DNA of 62,693 bases, filler included, from Sphacelaria rigidula (lineage: Eukaryota), in the NCBI GenBank assembly GCA_964200075.2. It is 6 parts of 6 records of this genome, joined end to end, with 100 filler letters (N's around TTAATTAATTAA, not from the genome) between each part and the next. Parts side by side here need not be neighbours in the genome. Positions count along the whole stretch, not along the records: positions 20,933 to 31,298 come from CAXNAA020006643.1; positions 31,399 to 41,764 come from CAXNAA020006644.1; 4 more parts are not named here. One strand, 5' to 3'. A program made the translations under genes and the position numbers. Position 1 is the stretch's first letter. Every line of letters begins with the position of its first letter. Positions 24,301 to 36,277 of the stretch are shown here, piece by piece. The notes beneath the pieces are model-generated. The model was not told where the DNA came from, ran no database searches, and saw only the letters and a program-made list of their open reading frames with translations.

Positions 24301-27300
24301 ATAGGGAATTGAAACAAGAAGTCTGGTTGCGCTGCGATTTAGAGTAGCGGACCAACCACGGCACCCCAGTTTTTTCGGTTTCAATTTTCTAGTGTCTTTT
24401 TTTCGATCGAGACACGCCCTGGCCATCATCGAACGGGACAACGCTCACATGACCATCTGTGAGCCGGATGGCAGGCGTGGAAATCTTTTCATCACCAACC
24501 GTCTTTGAAGCGAACGACAACAAGCGCGAATCTCACATTGTTGTCTTTGACGCGGTCCACAGACAGACACATGCACTACTTTCTCGTCTTGTCTCGAGCC
24601 GCCAAAATTTACTTCGAAAACCGCGAAACAAGTGCCCAACTGCGACACCCGTTTGACGACACGGAATAAGATCGTCCCGAAACGGCACGTATTGCTGGTA
24701 CCGTAGGATAGTTGATATTCGAACCGTGCAAACCCGTGCGCAGTCGATACGAGTGTACATATGCCAGACTCTGCGCAAAAATACCTCACGACCATCTTCA
24801 AACCCCCTCGAGAACATTGGCTGGTAAATACGTCATGCGCAAAGGTGACAGGTGCAAATCCTCCGTTCTGAGGGGGCGGTTCCGTTCCGTGAGGAGGGGC
24901 GGTATTGAATCCTGGTATCGACCAAATACAAACCGCAAGGGCGCCGCCTAACTCTAGATTTGGTCGCTAGACTATCAAGTGGCGGGCATCACAGCTGAGA
25001 TCACCACCATCTGCTTTTCAATTTGATGCCCACCCTATGTCAGTGTTGTGCCGGCCATTTTGCGATCTTACACACTCGCTTATACCCACCACTATTTTTC
25101 GATCGCGATGAACACAGCGTTTTCGGGGCTGCACGATACGCACTTGAGTCCTTTTGTCAGGACAAACTGCGGCGCTTAACGACCACAATGGTGTGAGAAT
25201 AAGTGCATTGTATTCATCCCATAGGTGGAAAGACAAGGTATGATGAACGCCTAGGACCAGAATGAAAATGGGAGGATGTTGGACACGGGGAAGGTGGCAT
25301 AGTTGGTTGCTGCTTTCATGTTAACCATTACCCTGCGCGGACCAGCTCCATGGTGTTGCAAAGACCGTTACTCAACACAAACTACGCAATGTTGTTGTTT
25401 GAAAGGAAGCCTGGTCGTGCAAAATACACCTGAAATGTGTACCGCGCGTCTGGCACGCTGATGCCTATGGAGCTTGGATCCGCAGCACACCTAACGTGCG
25501 GCGGAATTGCTGTGCTTATGATTTTTTTACTTTGAGGTTCGACCGCACCTTTCATATCTCAGCACCCTCCGAAGAGATGATGATATCTCTACGTACGCAG
25601 CACCTTCTGGGATAGCTCTGCATATCTGATGGCCCTTATTGTGACTTGAATAGCTAAGGTATATACAAAGCACGAGCAATAATTTCCGAATATCTCGTGA
25701 GGTTATGAGGATCATCTTGAGCTTGAACAATATCAGGTGCCAGTATCGAAATGATGTTAAAATTTGCTCAGTTTATGCACTCGGTGTGCCAACTTCGAAG
25801 TAAACTTCATCGCCATCTTGTGCGCTGCGGTGCGCAGAATAGAGCACGAATTCTTCGAGATATATAGAAATAGTCGACAGCTTCGTATCAGGGTATTTTG
25901 TGACCATGTGTTTTATCGAAGTCGTTGACTCAATCGCATCTTATAATTAAGGGGGGGGTGGGGGGGGGGGGTAACTATCTTGACTGGTGATGATGTAATT
26001 CGAGACCTGGACGCTGAGGGAATACACCTTTTACCGCCCGACGATTAAGTGACTCTCTGGCCCTTTTCTTCCTAGCCAGGGGTTCAAAATAGTTGTTCGG
26101 TGGAAAGACATCACCTGCTTGAAATAAGACCCTTCCCGCGCACATGCCGCGGGTAACTGTACAGATATCATCTGTGCGTAAGCCGGGGCCAGCGGCATTG
26201 CCGTTCCACAATTTTCATCACTACAGTACAGTACGACGGCCGTGATCGCGCAAACAGTAGGTAGTACATGCATGTGGTCAACACACATAATTGCTGTTGC
26301 TCGACAGCTGAAGGACGGAGGGTATTTAGTGGGGGATGTATTGTACGTGTTGCGGCGGCGCGTACGCGTGGGGTTGGGTGGCGTTTCGACTCTGGGCCGA
26401 AGATTTATAGAATTTCCCCCCCAGCCCCCGCAGCCAATTGAGCAGGACAAACACACGTGAATACACATAAGAAGCACGCATGGAACCGCGGCGGTGAGCT
26501 TATACTTTCCGTGAACCCCTGGTCCCATCGGCGGCTGTTTGCTGCTCAGCCGTCGGCAGACACGGTCTACAATTACCCCAACCAGCACTCTCAACCACGT
26601 AAGACTGCAATTCTATTACTCAAGATTAAACGACGAAATAAATTATGTCGAGCGCCCGGACGGCCAACTAGCGCCCATCTACGACTACGCTATTGCCATC
26701 TTCCAAGGATTGACGGCACTGTCAGATTCGCCGGTTCCCCGCCGGTGCCAAAGGCCTTGGAGGCCATTTCTGGCAGCAGCGCAAGGACGGAATTTTGGGA
26801 ACCTGTGATGCACTAACATGACCCGAAAACCTGCACGCAATGTTTCGGACCCTACATTTTTCTGCGAAAATCTTTGTGATCACCACTAGTTACCCCAAGC
26901 CTTTTCGCACTGGTGAGCGAATTATGGTGGGTACATGCAATCGACACCTGAGCGAAATGCGAAATCCCGAAGCTTCTCGATGAATCATCGTCCGTCGTTC
27001 CTCTACCGCCAGGACCCTGTGCCGGAAGAGTTCCGAGGGGGATGGCATGTGAATACAGCTACCCATATCGGAACAAAAGCGAAGGGTGACGGCGCAACGT
27101 AGCCGGCTTAGCGACCAGTCTACAATCTTCTCAAGTTAATTCACGTAAGTTTACGTGTCCCGCGGAGACTTCTGTCGAAGCAAGGTAGCGTTTTTTCGCC
27201 ATTGTTTTCTAGTTTGTACACTTCAAAACTCGAATTTCTTCATATCCTATCCATCTGCACCAAGTCTGAAGTGAGTCCGCACCATACGGAAACGCAACGT

Positions 27301-27798
27301 GTACCGCTGTTCCAGCGAAATGCAACACCGCCAGCACGTATCACACATCGTGTTGGTGCTACCGGCTTGCACGCCAGCACACCCTCTTGTGTATGGGTAA
27401 TATCACAGTAGCGTGCGCACAACTCCCTCTAAAGATGCCGGGACTTCCAAGCTATGGTGCACGAGAATTCCGTTATGAGCACCCTTGCACTGAGGGTTGC
27501 ACGGGAAGCTGCCCGATAGGAATGTTGCAAATGCATCAACCCGATCGGAATCCGTGTGTATATTGTACACCCTAAACGACTCACGCAAGCAAACCCTTCA
27601 CGCGCAGAAGTCAATCAATCGCCACATCCCTGAGAGTATGGGCTGCGCCCGCTGTCAACCTGCCGTGCGCACATGTAGCTGGCCCAGTCTAACTTGCTCC
27701 TGCTGTGCTGCTGCGTATACACAATATGTACATCTGTACATCAAAGCTATCATGTGCATGTACAAGATACTGTGGCCCTTTATGGCGCTGCTCGCACA

Positions 27799-27822
27799 AT
27801 GTTCATATCAAACCTGCGTGTG
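27799..27822 (+). CDS. Candidate first exon (MFISNLRV) of the DUF3598-like gene
   Basis: ATG...GTG|gtaaga donor, phase 0, compatible with the acceptor at 28186. Confidence 0.35.
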
Positions 27823-28088
27823 GTAAGACAGGTTGTGGGTTGCGACTGTGCACTGTAGTATCTCTAAATATTATTTCTCGAATCGGTGCTCTGAGATTTT
27901 TGTCGAATATGCGGCACACGCCTTTACCTACCCATGTGACATTCCCGAGACACAGTTTGTGGCACAGGGGGATCTCGGAGGGGTGGTGTCGGGATCGAAG
28001 CGTCGGCCTGAAGCAGAAGTTTGTTCTTTGTTCTAGAAGGTTGGCGTATTTCGAGACAAGTTTATCGAATCGATTGTTAGACATACCT

Positions 28089-28091
<3 letters not shown>

Positions 28092-28152
<61 letters not shown>
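28092..28152 (+). repeat. (CT)n microsatellite forming the polypyrimidine tract of the acceptor
   Basis: About 30 CT units shortly upstream of ctcag|AAG. Confidence 0.95.
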
Positions 28153-28155
<3 letters not shown>

Positions 28156-28185
28156 TTTTTCTCTCGTCCGTCTCGTCAAACTCAG

Positions 28186-29253
28186 AAGTATGCCAGGGGA
28201 CCTTGCCTGGTGGCGATAACGATAGTCTTGCCACAGCTGGGCAATTCTTTCTGTGTACCGGTGGGGTCGGATCCGGCCAAATTCGCTCGTCAACGAGAGT
28301 GGGACAGCTTTGCCGCTACGAACGTCGGGAAATGGCGTGGCATATGGACAACGTACGATGACGCAGGCGTTCAACAGGGTGATCCCGACCGTATGGACAC
28401 GAACCTCGAGCTGTCGTCAGACGGAGAAAGGATAAAGCATATCAACACTCTATTCGTGGGATCGATTGACTCCGAGTGTTCTGCATGTTTTGACAGTGTC
28501 GAGACAAAGAAAATCCCGATTGGTGAGTACACCAAGAAAACGTTTCGGCAACGTGCTTATGGATCGGCATATCTTAATGGGCCAGGAGTTACTCCTCGTG
28601 GAGATATGTCCATAGAGATGGGGTTCCGAGATGGTGACTCGCGGGTACGATTCATGGTTTTCCATCGACCACCAGCAGAGCAACTGGCAGGAATAGAGCC
28701 ACCGTCACAACTAGCGCTTGAGCGAATTGTAGTGGTGAAGGAGAATTTCGCCCAAAGCGGAAGCGGATCGACCGAAGGGACCTCTGTGGCCGATTTGCTG
28801 TTGCCACAACTTGACGAACCTAGCTGGCTTGGACTTTGGCGCGGGAGCGCTGGAATCCTCGAGAGTGACAGCGACAGCAACCCTGTCGACAGGAGGATGA
28901 TATGGCGCGAGGACACCGTATCTCCAACTCACCTTCGCAACTGCCTCTGCTCGGGCGCTACAGGGGCCGACGACCATGTGTCTCTAAACGTTGGCGGCAG
29001 GATTCGTTTAGAAGTTCCCAGTGTTATTCGTGCAGGAGAACCCGCGGAGATAGTATTTGGTTGGGCCCGTCCGCTTGGAGGGAATAGTGATGCCCAGAAG
29101 ATTTCGCGGGGCAAAGTCCGGGTTGAAGCTCTAACAAGAGTCGTGGATACGGAGTACGTGTCAGACGGTTCGCAGCGCATCAAAATTTCTCCACCCCAAC
29201 TGATCCGATTTGCGGTAGAAGATCTTGAGCCTGTATCCTCGGCTGGGTTGTAG
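28186..29253 (+). CDS. DUF3598 / BFA1-like beta-barrel protein, probably plastid-targeted (terminal exon)
   Basis: ORF to the stop at 29253. Motifs EWDSFAATNVGKWRGIWTTY and SIEMGFRDGDSRVRFMV resemble the DUF3598 pattern (W..F..NLGEW.G.FT; E.G...GDRR.R), and a second G.W.G (LGLWRG) suggests two barrels. N-terminal hydrophobic CLVAITIVLPQLGNS-FCVP. Confidence 0.7.
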   Translation, partial: KYARGPCLVAITIVLPQLGNSFCVPVGSDPAKFARQREWDSFAATNVGKWRGIWTTYDDAGVQQGDPDRMDTNLELSSDGERIKHINTLFVGSIDSECSACFDSVETKKIPIGEYTKKTFRQRAYGSAYLNGPGVTPRGDMSIEMGFRDGDSRVRFMVFHRPPAEQLAGIEPPSQLALERIVVVKENFAQSGSGSTEGTSVADLLLPQLDEPSWLGLWRGSAGILESDSDSNPVDRRMIWREDTVSPTHLRNCLCSGATGADDHVSLNVGGRIRLEVPSVIRAGEPAEIVFGWARPLGGNSDAQKISRGKVRVEALTRVVDTEYVSDGSQRIKISPPQLIRFAVEDLEPVSSAGL

Positions 29254-30149
29254 ATAAAACTGACGCTCCTCACAAATAATCGATGCCGAAGTGTTCTCAG
29301 TTCTGTCACTGTGTTGCCCATGTAGATCTGGTCACCCTCCGTTTCTACGACGAATATCAATACGCACGGACAGTCACCCGGTCCTCGGCTCTCTGTACAC
29401 CTAAGGTCATTGCAGCGCTCGGTTCGACGTTCTCTGTATCCATCACGACCCTTTTTTGCACTACATTTCTTGTACGTATTCTAGCTTTCAACTTTGGAAG
29501 GATGCGCCATAAAGACTTGTGTTGCATACTCCGTGTTGAAGCCATTGTGCAGCTATTAATAGTTCTAGGGGAAAACATGACACAAACAAAGTGTTACTCC
29601 CTGTCTTGTCAACCTCCTGTATGTAGATTCCCAGTTTTAACGGAAATGAGTCTTGGAGTCTTGCTCGATGGAGTGTCCAGCTCACGAATGTTTTTCCTCC
29701 TGCCCGCTTCTAATGTCATGACTGAAAAGTCAAGGGTCTGAACCCCGGCTACGTGCCCTCGCCACAACAAACAATTTCTGACTTAACCCATGTTGGGAAC
29801 CTTCCCCATGTCTCCGCCCATCGTCGTGAAGGCCAGCGGACAGCTCGTCCTTCCTGCAACGCGTGCTGTATTAACTAACCGGCAGATCCAATGGCGCAGT
29901 GGTGTGCACTCGTGATTGGAAATCCCTGTCTGTATAGGAAGTGCAGAGCTCGTCGGACCAGGGGAGAGGCCTCTCCCCATCGCTGAGCTATTGGCGAAAA
30001 TGTAGTTATCAGAGTTCTCTGATATCGAGGTCGCGGCATACATTCTACTAACGGAAAAGAACAGAGTGCAGTACCGATACCGAACAACACTGACTGCGCT
30101 TCGCTCGCGTGCTGCAGTCGTCAAAGTTTAAATATTTTTTTTCACTTGT

Positions 30150-30740
30150 ATCTAATATTATCGACACCGCTTTTTGTTTTCGGATATCCCCGCAGTTTTC
30201 GAGACTGGCAAGGTATGGTACCTGATGACTCTCGAACGCTTGCGAGCGCCGCGGCGTACACACAGGGCAGCTCTCGGAAATGCTGTGCCGCACTCCAAAT
30301 TTTTGGACTTCTCCAAAAATACAGCTTCGGAGAAAACGTCGATTCGTTTTCGGAGAAGTCTGGGCGAAGCGTCTAAGAAGTCCGAATTTTGATATATCTC
30401 CGGAAAAACAGTGTCGATCGCTGAGGCTCGTTATAATCGTCCCTGTTTTTTCAGATATCTCCAATTTTTCAGGACTGGCAAGGTACCTGATGACTCTCAA
30501 ATTCTTGCGAGCGCCACGGCGTACTTACAGGGCAGCTCTCCGGAGTGCTGCGTTGCAGTCCGTATTTTCGAACTTATTATAATGAAGCTTCGCACAAAAC
30601 TCAAGTCGCTTCGTTTTCAGGGAAGTCTGAACGCAGAGTCTAAAAAGTCCGAAAAATTATGAGATCTCCGCAAACAACAAGAGTGTCGATGATAATGGAC
30701 CTGAGAATGAGCCTTGATCGGCACTGTTTTTCGCAGGTGA
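30150..30740 (+). repeat. ~270-bp tandem duplication (about 2.2 diverged copies)
   Basis: actggcaagg...cctgatgactctc...cagggcagctctc...agtccgaa repeated at 30204 and 30474. Confidence 0.85.
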
Positions 30741-31263
30741 TTTGCCATGTTCGCTCGGAAGCTTGGCAGTCGTTAGGCGTTGGAAAAAAGAAGCTGGTCG
30801 TCCTCAGGACACAATCTTCAAATTTGTGTCGTTCAAATAGATTAAGGTATGACTACGTTTATCGAGGACGTTATGGAACGTACATGACCGGAAAATACGG
30901 TTGTCCGGCTGTTGGGCGATGAATAGCTGGACAATGAGCAATGCTACAGTAGGGGTGTTGATAGTTTCAACAAGGGGTGCACTTTATACGCAAACTTTTG
31001 TCTGGTTCAGGGCATTCCCGCTTGCAAAAAAATCATTCGGGATATCACTAGCACATTGGAATAGTAATCCTGGCGTATTCTCACATATTTCTCAAGTCGT
31101 GTTTTGGATGAGATAAAGAGGTCCTAACAATTCTAACCTCAGAAAATATGTGTGCACCCCTACCGTAGCATCACTCTAACTAAGAAACCGAACCATAGAA
31201 GTGTTTATTATAACGAGTCGGATCGGTTCGACTGAGTATAAACATCAGAGTCATCCTACGATA

Positions 31264-31298
31264 GGGGGGGGGGGGGTGTACTCATGATCATGCTTGCC
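31264..31298 (-). repeat. 3' tail of repeat R1 (catgatcatgagtacaccccc), cut by the scaffold end
   Basis: Reverse complement matches the 3' ends of the R1 copies at 38880-38912 and 57975-58004. Confidence 0.75.
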
Positions 31299-31398
31299 NN
31301 NNNNNNNNNNNNNNNNNNNNNNNNNNNNNNNNNNNNNNNNNNTTAATTAATTAANNNNNNNNNNNNNNNNNNNNNNNNNNNNNNNNNNNNNNNNNNNN
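31299..31398. other. Artificial scaffold linker
   Basis: N44-TTAATTAATTAA-N44. Confidence 0.98.
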
Positions 31399-31498
31399 GG
31401 GGGGGGCGGGGGATGATGGGAAACGGGGGGGAGGGGGGGTTTTTTTTTTTTTTTTTTCTCCCCCCTTTTTTTTAAAACCCCCCCCCCCCCCCCCCCCC

Positions 31499-31630
31499 CG
31501 TGATTGAGAGCGAGCCTGGTCCTGTGAAAACCCGGCGTGCTCCGTCCCGGCGTTGTAGGTATGCGAGATCAATGATCTCATGACTATGGCATGCAGAATC
31601 ATGAGTATTTCCCCCCCCCCCCCCCCCCCG
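31499..31630 (+). repeat. Repeat R1 copy ending in a C-run
   Basis: cgtgattg..gcgagcctggtcc..gaaaacccggcgtgctccgtcccggc..catgagta followed by poly-C. Confidence 0.8.
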
Positions 31631-32488
31631 TGTAAATTTTTATCCTTGCTCGTTTCTGCGTTGTTTCTGAAATGACACGAATTGAAAGCAAGTCAGAAGT
31701 ATGAAACTGATGTGGTGAACAAATTGCTCTTCCAGCGTTTCCATGACGAGGGGGTGTACAAACGTACCCCGACGCCCCCCGTGCCATAGTCGGCGCACGC
31801 AGAATCATTTTATAGCAACAGCCAGCACCCGCGGAATCTGCGGGATTCGATGGTTGCTGTTGCTTAGGATGCCGGCAAGCCACTCCTGCCGATTACATAA
31901 GGTACACGGGATATTACCGTAGTCCCTTACGCGCCTCGAAAAGACTGAAGGGACTGAAAAAGAGGTCCTGAAGATCTAGTAGAGCTTACCCCCAGGTCGG
32001 CGCCCAAGCGTGATACAATGGTTAAATGTGTATCATGATGTTCGGATCTCGTGATGCTCGTAGAGCTAGCTCTCAGTCCCTGGGTTTCCCCCGGCGTGCG
32101 TGAAGCGTGAGCTGGACGTGTCTGGCAGGCGCCAATTTCAACCAAAATAAAAGCACACTTCACGTAGGGTGTGCCCTACGCACCTGCCTTGCCTGAGGAC
32201 GCCTTGGGTCGGCGCTAGCCTTAGCCTTAGCCTCAGCGTTTGAAATGAAATTATTTATCTTGTGTCAACCGTTGTTTTTTCGCCCCGAACTGGAGGGGGG
32301 GACGGAGGGTGGACGTATCCGATGATGGATTCGTGAAATACACACGAGAGGGGGGGGGGAAATGTTTTAGTTTTAACTCCGTCCTTTTGATATATTAATA
32401 ACTAGTAAGATTACTACATATCGATTAACTTGAACGGTAGCAAACCAATCTAAAAATATAACGAATACTGAACAAGTGTACATGTGTG

Positions 32489-34032
32489 CACAGGCACCGT
32501 AGGTAAGGTAGGTACCCGGTACCGGTATTTAGGACATCTCAGTCCCTACGGATACCGACCCAATCCGGTATTTTCAAATGCCATACCTACAATACCTACG
32601 ATACCAGGGTATTTCGAGATTTCACTACCTACCGTACCCGCCCAATCCGGTATTTTCAAATGTCATCCCTACTATACCTACGCATACCACGGTATAGGAT
32701 ACCCCGGTAAATACCGGGGATACCCCCGGTAAATACCGAACGCGATACACTCCCCACGATGCAGCAGCTGGTGCCAACTCACGCTGAGGCCAGAAGCTGT
32801 CGGAGCAGGTACGTCTTGTTTTCACAAGTAATTAATACCCAGACTCCCCCCTGATTTTCGTGTTTGGATCAATTCGAATAAATTATTCCCATGTCGTCTG
32901 ATAGTTTTGGTGTGTGGGTATAAACATTAGATGATCATTTGAAGGTATACATTGTTTCATGTCGAAGATGAGCATCATACGCAATAATGTTCTACGTGCG
33001 AGCAAACAAGCAGAAAAAAAACGAAAATGAGGGGAAAAAACGATGGGTCGCAGGAGGCATACAATATACACAACAATGTGCCAAAATACCGATATAATAG
33101 CCTTTCATATTAGTATAACGTAAATACTGCGAAATTGCCGGGTGCTCTGGATGAAGAAATACAACTACACGTGGAGGAGCAAACCCTACTCTAGCGTACT
33201 ACTGCACCTGCTCTCACGTTCTACTGCAGTACGTTGGTGCCAGCAATTATGGCTTCACCTCCTCGAAACGAAAATCGAATCAATTCAATTTCAACTTGGC
33301 ACACACTGCTACATTATTTTCAGAGCGCTTTGGTCTCTGCACCCGCGTCAACAACCACGAAAATCACCACGCGGTACCCATGATCGATCTATGGATTGGG
33401 TGTCTAACCCTGTCAGCTGATGACAACAAATCTAGCTGTGATCAGGGCGGAAAGTATTAAAAAAAAATGGAAAATCATGCAAATGTCCGACAGCAGCAAG
33501 GAAGAGGAGTCCCACGTATTGCACGTAGAAAACGAAGACAAAACTGAGCCAAATAAGATGCTACTCGCATCTCTTCAATAGCAATGGGCACAGGGATGTC
33601 GCGTCAGCTGCCATTCGCGCTGGCTCTCGTTCTCTCCCTCGGTACGGGGTGCATTGTGTTCGGGTGGGGGGCGACTTCCAACCTGGGGCACATAAAAACT
33701 TCGACTGCGCAGCTTGCACCCAGATCTGAAACGCTTCGCNNNNNNNNNNCGCACTGCCAGATGACGGTTTTGAATTCGGTATAGAGGGTAATACAGGTAC
33801 CCGGTATCGGTATTTGGGACATCTCATACCCTATCGATACCGACCCAATCCGGTGTTTTCAAATGCCATACCTATGAAACCACGGTATTTCGAGATTTCA
33901 ATACCTACCGTACTCGCCAAATCCAGTATTTTCAAAAGTCATACCTACGATACCTACGCATACCACGGTTTGGGATACCCCGGTAAATACCGGGGTTACG
34001 CTCGGTACGGTGCCTTACCTACGGTGCCTGTG
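32489..34032. mobile_element. Non-autonomous hAT/P-like DNA transposon
   Basis: Perfect 20-bp TIR CACAGGCACCGTAGGTAAGG / CCTTACCTACGGTGCCTGTG, flanked by an exact 8-bp TSD CATGTGTG (32481-32488 and 34033-34040). Contains a 10-N gap at 33740-33749. Confidence 0.88.
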
Positions 34033-34139
34033 CATGTGTGTATATTTCCCCCCTCATAACATGAAGTGCCTTTTCTCAGCAGTTTGTCATCATACGACTG
34101 ATGCCCCCCCTTCCCCCCTACACACACATTCCAACAACA

Positions 34140-34514
34140 ATGGATCATGACAACAACAGGAAGAAGGACAAGGCCAAGGCCAAGAAGGCCAAACGGGAAG
34201 CTGACGTCCCCAGCGTCACTCTAGAATTCGTCATGCGCGAGAACCCGGGCATAAGCCTCCCCGATGCCTTCGGAAAACTCACGCAGCTGAGGGCGGAGGC
34301 AGAAGCCAAGGCCAAGGGCGACCCCGTACCGCCTACATCTGTGGCTCAGCCGGCAACGTCCACCGCAGCGTCCCCGGTCGCGGTGACTCCCGGGACCGGG
34401 ACTTTGGCAGTTCCGGCCGCGGCCCCCCCGGCAGGTACCTTTGCTGTGTCTGCGGCTCCTGCTGCCCCGGCGACGACCGCAGCGGCGGCTGTTGCTGCGG
34501 GTGCTGCTACTCCG
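34140..34514 (+). CDS. U2AF65-like RRM gene, first visible exon (K-rich, then A/P-rich)
   Basis: MDHDNNRKKDKAKAKK...AAGAATP|gtgaga (phase 0). The 5' boundary is either the ATG at 34140 or an acceptor aacag at ~34159. Confidence 0.65.
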
Positions 34515-35941
34515 GTGAGATTTGGCCGTCGTTATTTTTCGTGGTGGCTTTGCTTTGCCTTCTTCCAAGAGATGATCTGGAGGGTAAGGCACACTTTCTA
34601 CGATAGCCCCCCCCCCCCCCCCCCCCCCCCCTACACCCCCACCCCCACCTACAAAAAAAAAAAAACAAAACCCACCAGTCNNNNNNNNNNTTCTGGGGTG
34701 CTTTTCTTTTCCGTCTCGTAAGAAGATTACAGGAGGGGAAATACACATTTTCCCAACCCCCCCCCCCCCCCCCCCCCCCAAAAAAAAACAGCCCAAAAGT
34801 GTCACGAAAAAATGGCTAAACATGCCTGATGCTGGAGTTCAGGCCCCATGAAGTGCCTCATATTGGCGACATTGGCTAGAACGAGCTCAAACGTGGGAAT
34901 TCCCAGCTGCTCGTTGTGCTCGGTTTTTCTCATTTCGATTGAGCATTGGGTATCGTAAACCAAAAGATACTGTACCGTTAAACCAGGGTGCCTCAGGGTA
35001 CATACATACTACATCTTATCAACCTTTTGTGGCTTTGGAAAAAGGGAAGACGGGGGGCGCGGGGGGGGGGATTAAATGAAGCAAGATTTTGCTGTCCTGC
35101 ACTTGAAGGTTTGTAGTACCCCTTATTTTCCCATCATAACTTCAACCCCTGGAGACTCCCTTTGTCTTGGAACAAGTCCCTAGGCTGAACCGGAGTTGAG
35201 CGGTATCGGTCCAGGCTAATACTACGGTAGGGGACCATGTTGATGACTGCGGTGCTGTTCGTTGGCGCCGCGCCCCGGTGATCTTGATTAAAATGGTGCA
35301 TATTGGAACCGGCCAGGACAGGACGAGGGTTTCAAGATTGTTTTGGGTAGGCTGAATACCCAGGTATTTGCTCTCCCGAATATGGTGTTGCGATGGTCCG
35401 ATCTCGAAACTTCCCGCAAATATCGGGTAAAATTAGGTACGATCGCATTACTCTACCCAATATCTGGGTTTTGTTGGGTACAATCTCAACATTCTTCCCA
35501 AGTTATGGATGCTCAAAAGTAACGTTTTTATCGAATACCCTGTATCGTGGGAAATACCGTACCCAACAAATCCTTGGAGGGTTCGATTTCCAGCAGATGC
35601 AATATGATGCGTGCTTCGCCACGGCGCCCGGGTGGTGTTTCGGAAAAGTTGACGCTGTTGGGGCGGAAAAAACGAGGGCTCTCGTCCCCGCCAGTTGCGT
35701 GTTATCTTTTATTATTTTCTTTTTTTTTTGTTCAAGAAGTATTCGATTTTTTTACAGCAGCTGGAGACGTACGGATATGAGTGACAAACCGAGTTTTTTT
35801 TTCAGTTTGCTTGAGCTTGGTGTACGACAGTCAACGCGGTGCGCGGGAGTGGAATGCTAATTTCATCCGGGATGATCCCAGGATGTGAGGCGTGTACCGG
35901 GGTGATCCCTTGAGACACGGACTGGCTCGTCCCGAGGAGGA

Positions 35942-36277
35942 GGGGGGGGGGTGTACTTATTTTGTTACTTGCCTCTGTTATTTGACCGTTGGCCACGCAT
36001 CCCTTTCGAGACGGAGCACCGTTCCTACTCTCAAAAGATATACCTCCAGCATTCCGGCGCTCATCACGCTTCTTCCATACATTACACTGAAGCCCTTTAC
36101 ATATCTTAACCCTGTTTTGTTTGCTGTCTGTGGCCACCATTGATCTCCTAGTTTAACCATAGTTTTCTCCCTACTGTCTAATACGTCAAACGATTTCATG
36201 CCATCTCCGTTCACGTCCCGCATTTCCCCCTCTAGCACTTCCCGTTCCTCCTTGTATAGTTCACATTCCGCCACCAT
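35942..36277 (-). mobile_element. 5'-truncated LINE 3' end (frameshifted ORF2 C-terminus) with C-rich tail
   Basis: MVAECELYKEEREVLEGEMR..LDSREKT..LGDQWWPQTA then ..CNVWKKRDERRNAGGISFESRNGAPSRKGCVANGQITEASNK, followed by agtacaccccc. Matches the brown-algal LINE ORF2 terminus as recalled. Confidence 0.8.

Noticed and set aside
31399..31500. G/T/C homopolymer-rich structure (also 34605-34800, 41620-41764, 41865-41940)
   Set aside because: Adjacent to gaps and typical of low-quality short-read consensus near poly-G/C tracts.
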